NCBI GenBank assembly: GCA_050273025.1
Contig: CP158635.1
Span: 18,600,001-18,664,000, forward strand
DNA: 64,000 nucleotides
Source of the DNA: Cenococcum geophilum
Lineage: Eukaryota
Reading direction: 5' to 3'
In this document: positions 53,569-64,000 of the stretch, one piece after another
Position numbering within the stretch: position 1 is the first letter of the stretch
Layout: every line of letters begins with the position of its first letter
Position numbers and translations under genes: made by a program
The notes under the pieces: generated by a model
Databases searched by the model: none
What the model saw: the letters and a program-made list of their open reading frames with translations, nothing else
Told to the model about the DNA's origin: nothing

Positions 53569-54007
53569 CGTCAGGAAAAAATTTAGCAGCATTTTACCAG
53601 CATTTTTAGCATTTCGCAGCATTTTGCAGTATTTAAAACAGACTATACGCATTAAGCAGCATCTAGGCAGCTCTATATATATATTATATATAAAAAATTT
53701 ATTTTTAGATAGATAATTGGATATAGTATATTATATAATAATTTTTTTTATAAATTACTTATAAATTACGTAAGTTATTCTACTTCTAAAAAAAGTTTTA
53801 ATTTTTTTAATTTTTTTTAAAAAGTAGAATAACTTACGTAATTTATAAGTAATTTATAAAAAAATTATTATATAATATACTATATCCAATTATCTATCTA
53901 AAAATAAATTTTTTATATATAATATATATATAGAGCTGCCTAGATACTGCGAAATGCTACAAAATGCTAAAAATGCTGGCAAAATGCTGCTAAAATTTTT
54001 CCTAACG
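53569..54007. mobile_element. Foldback/MITE-like element, a near-complete 439-bp palindrome with 2-bp TSD
   Basis: Ends CGTCAGGAAAAA...TTTTTCCTAACG; TSD TT; absent from the sister LTR (42684-42849); arms complementary up to a centre near 53800-53815. Confidence 0.9.
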
Positions 54008-55179
54008 TTGTGTAACTAACACTATGTCTTATAAATACTTCTTCAATATAGATTCTAGCGATATCTTCTACTAAGATTTCTTCTGTGTATGCTATAAAGT
54101 AGCCCTATTTAGTTAACTTATTTACTATTACTAAGATTACATTATACTCTTATTCGGTAATAGGATTTCTTAACTTTAGTAACTTAATAATAAAGTCCTA
54201 TAATATAACCTCCTATAGTCTCTCTAGTGTTTTAATAGGTTATAGCCCTCCGTATAGCTTATACCTTATTAGTTTATTTCTTTAATAATCTAAATACTCT
54301 TTTATTACTTTTCTAGTTATACCCTAGATTTCTTTAATAATATATTCTTCCTAAAGTCTTAACACTAAGCCTGTTGCTCCGTTATGTCCTTAAGTTATTC
54401 CCTTATAGAAATCTTCTATAAAATGCTCTACTATGCTTTTTAGGATATACTTCGCTTTTTAATACTTATATATATTCACCTATAAATCTTCTAGCTATAC
54501 TTTTAAAATTCTCTATACCTAAAAGCTCTTTAGTATCTTATAGACTCTTTCTAGTTTATTATCCTCTTAAGTTACTACTAGCTTAGGGTAATTATATCTA
54601 ATTAACCCCTTATTATTTCTGCGTAGTATTACTTCTAATAGTTTTTTATTGTTTTATAATTTAGCTTTTCTACTAAGTATATCTACTCTTACATTTTTAG
54701 TTCCTTTAGTATGCTAAATTTTAAAATAGTATTTTATAAGCATCTCTACCTATCTAACCTATCTATAATTAAGTTCTTTTATTATTAGGAACCCCGTTAG
54801 GTTTTTATAATCCATCTTAACTATAAATAGTTTTTTTACGCCTTGTAAAAATGCTCTTTATTTTTTAAGTGCTGTAATTATACCTAATAACTCCTTATTA
54901 TAGATGTTATAGTTTAACTCTAGTAGTGTTATCTTCCGACTATAGTATGCTACTGGGTGCTATATATTTCTATACTTCTATAGTAAATATACTCCTAGTA
55001 TAAAGTCTAATATATCTATTTTTATAATTATATCTAGTCCTAGCTAATAGATTTTAAGGATTAGCTCCTAGGTAAATAGCTCCTTAAGTTCCTTAAATAG
55101 CTTCTTTTATTTATCTCCCTCTACCTATAGTTCCTCTTTCTTTATAAGCCTAGTAAATGGTTTAATATTCTTTAACTAC

Positions 55180-58100
55180 TATAGTGGGGTAAAATGGGCC
55201 ACTACTTAGTGCCTTGGCATTTTCCTATATATATCGAGCCTTTGGCTTCTCTCCTTCTCTCGAGCACAACCTACCAAAATACATTCTTTCCTTTCTTCTT
55301 ACTGACTGCTTTCCTACTAATTAATTATGACTAACAACCGACCGACCGACCGACCGACCGACCGACAGACAGACAGACGGCACTGTGACTTTCCTATCTA
55401 AGAGTAGTCGTACCCTCCCACATATTTTATAGCATTCCACGTGGGGACAACAGCAAGCTCTTTGGATTAGAAGTCTAGCATTTTATACACAACTATATAC
55501 ACAGGAGGTACGTAGGAATATACTACAGCTATAGAAGAACAGCCAGCTACAGAAGAACCGCCAGCTAGATAGACGAGACAGCAGAAGCAGAAAATTACAG
55601 TATCGGACAACAAGGGGAACCAGGCAGTCCCGGAAAAGACAGGACAGGACAGCCAGACTCAACACACAGGCCAAAGAAAGGCAAAAAGGGGTAGCAAAGG
55701 TCTTGGAAAGTTATATAAAGGACGTCAAGCGAACCAGCAAGCCAATTAGACGACGTCGACCGGCAGTCAGAGTTACCCAATATCTTACCACCCGCGCGCG
55801 CACGAGCATGGCTAGAGCTTTATTAAAGATATAGAGATAATAGGTAGCCAAGGGCCAACGAGATCTAAGGCATCTGGCGGCAAAGGAAGTTAGCGCTGCC
55901 CTTTAGGAACAGAAGAGAGAATACCAAGTAAGGTTATAAGTACACAAGATCAGATCTGCCCTTAAAAGCTTCCTATTCTGGCTTAGCTTTATCTTCTTTC
56001 AAGTTATCCGGATTATATCTGCGGCAGCTCTAAAGGCGTTCCATAAAGAAGTAGATGCAGGCGGAAGCGTAAGACTTAGCAGCACCCTACCGCGCGGAGT
56101 AACGGCAGGCCAAAACAGACGGACGTATCGAGACCCAGCAGTAATAGAAGATGGCGATTCTATGCTCTCCCACGAAGACCAACCTCCAGGCGTTAAGAAG
56201 CAGCCAAAAGGAACCGAAGCCTATACTTCTTTTACTAAGTATAAACCAACACCAGGACAGCTATCTGGGACACCCTCTATTAAAACCACGGCCATACAAG
56301 CAGACCTACCGTAGCGCTTACCCATAACACCTAGGACCGATGGCCCTCAGCAAACAAAGAATAAGAGCCGTAAGGACCACCTATAAGCTCCTAAGGAAGC
56401 TCTAGATGCACATAGACAGCGGTTAACAGCTTAAGACAAGGTCTACGTTATAGTCCAGCCTATACCAGCCCCAGGAACCATTAGAACTCCGTACTTTACA
56501 GGGCAAAACATATTATAGTTTATCAAGCAGTATAAACGGCTATGCGTCCAACACTATGTAATAAGTAAGGAGAAGTACTAGGGCCTTCCAGAATACTACA
56601 ATTACTAGATAGGGATGTGGATCCAAAGCTTGCCTAAATTCACAGCTAGTGACTGGACGGAGCTTATAAGAAAGCTTAGGGCAGAATACTAAGGAAGTAA
56701 CCAATTTCGACAAATAGAAATGGTAGAATTCTTAGAAGCCTATATATAGCAATATAAGGACAATCCACCAAATAGTATACGCGAGTACTATAGACAGTTC
56801 GCATTAATCTCTCAAAAGGCTACTAAAGCTAGCAATTTAGATAATAGTTAGCGAGGATACTAGTTTATAAAAGGACTTCCGCTTAAATATTAAAGACACG
56901 CCATAGCTAAAACGGGAGCTAACCCAGATAGACAAACGTCCTTTAACTTCTATCAGCTGCAAAAAGCCATAAAGGACAGACTTAGTTTATATAAGGGCGC
57001 AGATTATCTATCAAAAATAGACCCTAAAGATTAGGGCCTTTATTAGCTAGTTAAGCAGTTCTATAATTAGCAGACAGTTATAAGCAAAGATGCTACCCTT
57101 TAACCACCTATAATCTTTTAGCTAAATAAGACAGCCAACGCCCGTTAAGCTAGCTAGGAAACGGACCTAGAACTTAAGGAGCTCAACTATAGGAGAGAAG
57201 AAAGACTTCTAGACCTAGTGAGACCAAGTATACACAGAGGAGCCCTAACACAGCAGCAGTCACCACCCACTATAGACTAGGAGATAGACGAAATGGCAAG
57301 CCAGTTAAGTCAAAAATTAAGTAAGACGGAGCTTGCGGCAGCTACATAATTAATACCATTCCTTAACCGAATCCAAAAGAACCTAGATAGGTTTATAACG
57401 CTATTAGATTAAGCTGCAGTTTAAGACCCAGTATAAGGATACAGCCTAGCACTAGGATATAAAGACTAGCAAAACAGTACCCAAGCTCCCTTTATCCCGC
57501 AAGACTCTCAACCTCTATAGAATTATCAATATCCACAGGACTCCCAATATCCGCAAGATTCTACTGCCTTTAGACAACTATAGCAGGACGTACGGGGTTA
57601 GCAAGGCACGCGAGGACAAGGCCAACAAACCTGTTTTAGATATAAAGGGAGTTACTATTTCACCAAGTACAAATACTAAGGGCTTAGGGATCTTATTTAG
57701 TAAGGACTTATACATCTATCTAATTAAGGAAGACTAGTAGCTAAGATACGCGAGCGGCCTAAACCTATACTTCTATGGCTCGGCAATAAAGGACAACTAA
57801 AGGGTATTAAGGACTGGCTCCGTATATACTAAGGGATAGACCTAGACAGACCAAGGAAAGAACAAACGCAGTAGCGGGCCTTCTATGACAGAGCAGCGCT
57901 AAAGATTAGTGACGAGAAAAGTATAAACTAGGGGGACTACTATCAGAATCGCCTAACCCTTAAAGACAGCTGTGTAACTAGGACAGCTATAAAGCCGCAG
58001 GAGAATAATATACGACTAGGAGATTACATCCAGATTAGGTTACGGCCTATAGATAAGGCAGCTAAAGCTAGGGAAGACTATTATTAAGTGGTACCTATAG

Positions 58101-61100
58101 ACGGATCGTCCGACCCTTAGCCGTGACCTTAGAGACGACCGTGCAACTAGGCTCCGTAGCAAGCACCATAGTAGGCTCCGCAGTAGGCTCCGCCGCAGGT
58201 ATAGGATTTTCAACTAGGGGACAGTCAAGTTCTAAGGTGGGGGAGGGGACGTAGGTGACGGCCGGTAAAAGATTTCTATTTATCTACTTATTTACTATAT
58301 TTCCTAAAGCTCCTTTCTTATTTACTTTCTTAATTGCGACGCGTCGACGCGTCCTACTATAAAGATGTTAGTTTAGCTTACCGCCTATTACCAAGCTAAT
58401 AGCGATTTTCCATGCCCGGCACGGAAAATCCTAATTAGTCCATTTAGCAATAGAACCGGCAGAACTCTACACCGCCCCTAGAATTTAATAATACGCCAGC
58501 TATATAACGAGAACGGCACTAAGAGCCTTAATTAATTGCACGGATACAGAGCCAATTATATAATATAGAGCCAGATGCAGAGCTATACGCGGAGCCTTAA
58601 TCAAACAACTGTACGGAAGCCTTAGTCTTAAATAACCGCACAGAAGCTACGGTTAGTCGAAGGAACAAATCAAGCCAGAGCCTCAATATCAGCACGTCGC
58701 CGTCACTAAATCGTATTAGTCAAATGTCGTCAAATTAAAGCCTTTAACCGGGCCAACTTTATTCCTTATTCGAACAACAGCTAATCGCAGCTCTACCCTA
58801 CCACCCAAATTCAATACTGCACTGGCTACACAACAAGAATAGACACCGCGGCAAGGAAGGGACCTACATACAAGGACAGCAGCACAATATTAGAAACAAG
58901 CACCGCGGAACTATAAAGCAGTATACAAAGAGGCACTAACAAAAATGCTCTGCAAGAGATCGTACACAGGGCATAGCTGACTATATTAAGCCCAAGCCAT
59001 CCTTATACGACTAAAGACAGGACCAAGCCGTGTCTAGCTAAGCTAGTGAAGGACCTTATTAGGGATTACAAGGGGAATAGGAATTAGACATACAGGAACC
59101 AGCGCTTTTCTTTAGAGGTTGTCTAATAAAGGGCTATATTATAGATATAAGGCCAAGGGATATACGACGGAGGTAGTTATAATAGCCGAGAAGCTGCCAC
59201 TAGATAGTTTCAAAGGACAACTTAGACAAAGCATAGAGTTAGCAGGACAGCGACAAAGAGACTAGAAACAGAAGACAATCCTAAGAGGGTTCTTAAGCCG
59301 GAAGAAAATCAAGGATACGTAAGTATACTGCCAGCAGCGGGAACAAAGAAGCAGCCGCAAAAGCCTAAGGATGCACTAAAGAAGCCAAGAGCAAGGACGG
59401 CTCAGAAAAGGAAGAAAGCAGCTATTAAGGACGTCCTATAAAAGCACTAGGCCTATTATAGTAGTTTAGAGGAAGCTACCGTTAGTACTCGCAAAGAAGA
59501 AAGTCTTAAGACGGGTCTCTAGATTAGACGTCTAGTAGATACTAAGAGCCCTAATTATACAATACGGAGCCTTAATCATATATACAGCAGAAGACACCTT
59601 AAGTCAAGCCAGAGCCTCTGTCAAATCCTAATCAGTCAAACGCTACCTCTACAGTTAAGTCGTCAAATTAGAGCCTTCGGTCGGGCCAACCTAATACCCT
59701 ATCTAAACGTCAGTCGATTGTACGTTGTCACAGTTAAATCAAATCAGTCACCGTCGCCGTCAGACGTCTTCAATCAGCAGTCAAAGATTCTATAATAGCA
59801 GGCATGTAGGTACTAGACCTAATCAGGAAGCCAGTACACAGCCAGAAGAACGTCGGAAACACGGCCAATTAGCATCTTAAAGCCTCTACAAGAGTCTCTC
59901 CCTTTAGCCCCCCTTATTAATTAATTACCGCCCATCTTAACGCCCACAGATTAGTTAACTAGAATAATCTTTCCTACAAATATAGATATAGAGCTTTACA
60001 CGGAGTCTTATATAGACCCTACGGATATAGAGTATACAGGTACAGAGCCCCAATTAAACAATAGTACGGCAGCTTAACTAAACGCCTATAGATATAAAGC
60101 CTTAATTAAACGGCAGATGCAGAACCTTAACCAATCGGATGTCTACACGGAAGCTTTAATTAACTATCTATAAATGCAAAGCCCTAGTCATACATGCAGC
60201 AGAAAACACCTTAAATTAAGCCAGGGCCTCATTAAGTCTAGATTAGCTAAACGCCGTCTCCACATTTAAATCAGGACAATCAGGGCCTTTAACCGGGCCG
60301 ACTTTCTACCTTAATCGAACTACCGACCAATCAGTTACAGCACATCATCGCCGACCAATTAGGCAGTCTTTGTCTAGCCATTAAAGCAGGTATAAAGGCA
60401 CGTACGTAGACACATACGCAGAGACTAGGCCTATATAGGAAATCAGTACACAGTTAGTAGATCATCGGAAGCATCGCTAGTTGACGTTCTAGAACTATAG
60501 GTGTGAATATGGACGCAGAGTATATAATACAGAGCTACTAATGCACAGCCTAATGCGCAGCCTAATGCACAGCCAGATGCAGAACAATGCGGATGTAAAG
60601 CCTAATAATGTAGGACCTAATGCAAAGCCACCAATAAAGCCTTAATTAAGAGCCGCATACAATATAGACTAATGTAGAGCTAGATGCAGAGTCCTAATAT
60701 TAAACGACTAGCCGAACCACCCAGTCGGGCCATAGTCTCTGCCAGTTTAATTAACTGGCCTGCCGTCGCCGCTACTACTGCCGCTATTCCGTCCAGCTAT
60801 TTCGTCCTTGCTGTCTTAACTAACTGCTGTCTCTACCGTCCTAGATCTATACCGCTGCTAGGTCTATTTACTACTAGATCTACTAGGTCTGTTATGCCGT
60901 TCTATACTGCTATTCTAACCGATCCGTTTTACTGCTGCCGACCAGCTATTCTACCGCTGCTACTACTGCCATTACTATACCGACTGTTCCGTCTCTACTA
61001 TTCTATCTTACTGCGCCAGATCTATACCACTGCTAGATCTACCGGATCTGCTATATCGTCCAACTATTCCGACCGACCTGTTCTAGGCCTAATGCTATTT

Positions 61101-61948
61101 TAGCTGTTCTACTGTAGCTCTCCCAACCGCCAGACCCTACCGTTTCAATCGCCCCGCCGCCGCCTAACTAGCTGCCTCCGACCGACTGCTACCGACCGTT
61201 CTATTATTAACCGTTCTATTACTGCTACTACTGCTACTGCTACTACTGTATTAACCAACTGCTACCGACTAACTGCCATCGACCGTCTGCCGTTACTAAG
61301 ATTTCTGCTACCAAAAGTTCTGCTGCCGGATGTCCTACTGCTTACTAACTATTAGTAAGTTCTTCTACCAACTGTTCTACCACCAACTGTTCTTTTTTAT
61401 TTTACCACGCTAACTGTCTACTTTTATTATTATTGCTACTACCATTACCGCTACCGTTACTGCCGTTACTGCTACCGTTATTATTTCTAGTTTACTACTG
61501 TCCTAGTTACTAGATTAGATCTTAGCTATAGGTAACAAAAGGACGCTATAGAACAGTTCTATAGGAGGGCTGAGGACGAGGTTATCTACGTTCTCTTAGG
61601 GATGCGCTTTCCTTTTTCTATTCTGCTTTTACTATTCTTTTATTTAGCTATTCTTCTATAGTATAAAACGTTAGGGGACAACGTTCTTAGTAGGGGAGGT
61701 ATATAGTAGGGTAAAATAGGCCACTACTTAGTGCCTTGGCATTTTCCTGTATATATCAAGCCTTTGGCTTCTCTCCTTCTCTTAAGCACGACTTACCAAA
61801 ATACATTCTTTCCTTTCTTCTTACTGACTGCTTTCCTACTAATTGATTACAACTGACGACCGACCGACCGACCGACCGACCGACCGACCGACAGACAGAC
61901 AGACGGCACTGTGACTTTCCTATCTGAGAGTGGTCGTACCCTCCCACA
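55180..61948 (+). mobile_element. LTR element D (6.77 kb), gag-like ORF but no recognisable pol (non-autonomous, LARD-like)
   Basis: LTRs 55180-55422 and 61702-61948 containing (CCGA)n(CAGA)n; 4-bp TSD CTAC; PPT before the 3' LTR; gag relic PAPGTIRTPYFTGQNI..FIKQYKRLC (~56460) and a knuckle relic ~57630; no RT/integrase motifs seen. Confidence 0.85.
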
Positions 61949-63173
61949 CTACTATACTATAAACCTTCTATAGTAATTACAAAACCCTAAGAATAACCTT
62001 AACTGCGTTATATTCTCTAGTTTTTACTAACTTACTATAGCTTTAATCTTTTTTAGGTCTATACTAATATAACCTAATTTAATAATAAATCTAATAAAAT
62101 TGGTCTTCCTAGTAAAGAACTTATATTTCTTAATTGCTATTAGTATCTATTCTTCTTATAGTCTCTTTAAGACCTATTTAATATATTCCCCATATTCTTC
62201 CTTAGTTATTAAGTAGATAATAATATCGTTAAGGTATATTATAATAAACTTATTAAGGTGTTCTCCTAATACATTATTAATTTATTTCTGAAATGTTACT
62301 AGTATATTTATTAATCCAAATTATATAACTAATAGTTTATATAGTCCTTTCTTTAACCTAAAGGCTGCCTTTTATTTATTGCCTTCCTTAATTCTAATCT
62401 AATAGTATGCCTATCTTAGATCTATCTTTATAAAGATTTACGCATTACCTATCTAGTCCTAAATTTTGCTAATTAAGGGTAAAGGATACCTATCCTTCCG
62501 AGTAATGCTATTTAACTATCTATAGTTAATATATAGTCCAAGTTTTCCGTTCTTCTTTAGTACGAATAATACTGGATATCCTACTAATAACTATAATGGT
62601 TTAATATATCCTTTTTATAAGTTCTCTTAAATAAACTCTTTAAGTACTTTTAACTCCTCTTAAGTAAACTTATAGGTTGGAAAGAACCTTAGACTTATTT
62701 CTAGTTCTAATTATATCTTATAATCCTATGCTGTATAATCTACTAGCTTTTTACTTTCTAGGCTCTATAGTTTTTTACTATACTTATAGTATCTCTTTAG
62801 TATATAACTTAAGCCTTACTTAATCTCTTCGTATATTACTCTAACTTAGTACTATATTAACTTGGTTTACTATTATATTTTACGTTATTAAGCATTTCTA
62901 ATATTAACCTAACCTGTAATCTAATTAATCTTTAGATTGTATTTTTATAATTAAGGTATCCCTAATACTGCCTTATCCCGTCCTAATAGTAAAATATTAA
63001 AAGATATCTTAATTTACCTTCCTTTAATAGTTATTTAAATAGGTCCTGTTTTAAGGTTAATAATACCTCCTCCATAGGCTATTAGATCTCCTAAAATTAT
63101 AACTAATAGGTAAAGTTGTTCCTTCTATCTATAAGGTAATCCTATTCTCTTAACTGCTATAGGTAAAATATAG

Positions 63174-64000
63174 TGTTACGGAACCCCACCGCAGGGGCCT
63201 CTATAGGAGAACCCCGTGCTCTCGCGTACACCTCGCGTACAGCTTATATTAGCTACGCGTAGGTATATTACCTCCTTACGCCCTTGACCCTTACAATCGA
63301 TCGCGCAACGTCTTATAGACTCCTCGAATACATACGCTCTATAGCCACTGCCCTTATCCCATAACATTACGTTACGCCTTTTTTACTACTAATACTTAAC
63401 CTATAACTAATTCTACGTCTCTATAATACCGTAGGCGCTGCTAAAAGCAGCGTGTTTATAAGTTACCCTACTCTATACTTCTAAAGAACCTATAATAGTA
63501 AGACGATATTCCTTACTAGCCACTATATTAAACCTAAAGAATAATCTAATACCTATACTTAACCTACGCCGCCAATTAACCCCAGAAGAATTTAACTTAT
63601 TAGCCCTAGCCTTAACCCCTAAGGGGAAGTCTAGTGGCTTAAAAGATTATAACGACCTTAATAAGGTAGATATTAATAATGTCTTATCCTTTATTAACTA
63701 TATAACTACGGATAAGCAAGTGGAAGAGCTACTACCTATTAAAATTAAAATATGAGACGCTAAGACGTTGATAAAAAAGGTAGTATAAGAACCTAATAAA
63801 TACTACCGCCTTCTATAGAACTACTATTTAAAGCTTATATAAGCTGAAATGCATACTGCCTAAGATCGCGATATTATCTAAGACCTGTAAGCTTGTAAGG
63901 CGCTTGCTAACAATATACGCTAAAAGACTAAAGACAACCTCTGTGTGTCTAAACGCGACGTCTAACGGTTAAAGAAGGCTAAGATTATACTTATTGCTAT
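63174..64000 (+). mobile_element. LTR element E, 5' LTR (63174-63366) and start of internal region, truncated by the window end
   Basis: TGTTACGG...CCATAACA ends; B protease sequence does not resume after the LTR; the PBS-position sequence is complementary to an LTR-internal 9-mer. Confidence 0.75.

Larger units (their letters stand above)
42684..54021 (+). mobile_element. Internally deleted GalEa-like Copia LTR element C (~2.2 kb without inserts)
   Basis: 166-bp LTRs 42684-42849 and 53415-54021 (the latter split by a foldback); TSD CTATG; palindrome CACTAATTAGTG in place of a PBS; remnants YSKEVAII.KIY, FFTDRRYHN (gag) and LLVFGTYP.MTNDS..S.SVT.RAKAIRKA (integrase); no RT seen. Confidence 0.8.
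40434..63173 (-). mobile_element. Gypsy LTR retrotransposon B (diverged relative of A): 3' LTR plus pol fragments 40434-42155, 42393-42683, 54022-55179, 61949-63173; continues beyond the window
   Basis: LTR 40434-40852 is homologous to family-A LTRs and adjoins a reverse PPT. The fragments are colinear with the reverse complement of A pol (chromodomain, integrase, RNaseH, RT, protease) once the insertions are removed. Confidence 0.9.

Noticed and set aside
60684..61103. 139-aa ORF in element D
   Set aside because: Low-complexity C/T-skewed tract with no motif; stop-free by composition.
63174..63366. Solo LTR interpretation
   Set aside because: No TATAG TSD follows and the host protease sequence does not resume, so it is the 5' LTR of a longer element.

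Overview
Filamentous-ascomycete (Pezizomycotina-like) genomic DNA with one intact host gene: a three-exon MLH1 mismatch-repair gene (4517-6827, +, ~737 aa) in a small island that appears RIP-free. Nearly everything else is transposon relic degraded by RIP-like C>T/G>A change (TpA excess, CAA/CAG/TGG turned into stops). Most boundaries could be fixed from LTRs, TIRs and target-site duplications. Left of MLH1: the 5' end of a Gypsy element inserted in a Tc1-like element, and a 9-bp-TSD Mutator-like element with hairpin-containing ends ~140 bp upstream of the ATG. Right of MLH1: two convergent Crypton (tyrosine recombinase) relics. The second Crypton hosts a Fot1/Pogo element with a LINE inside, and a deep nest: Gypsy F contains LINE[Gypsy G, solo LTR], Gypsy A, and Gypsy B[solo LTR, GalEa-like Copia derivative[Tc1[2-bp-TSD TIR element[Copia]], foldback palindrome], pol-less LTR element D, LTR element E]. 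Most notable: an antisense, probably intron-containing Zn(II)2Cys6-like + coiled-coil gene in two related Gypsy copies, the stacked Cryptons, two 2-bp-TSD elements with C(A/G)TCAG ends, and Tf1-type self-priming signatures in four LTR families. All calls are by eye; no database searches were run.
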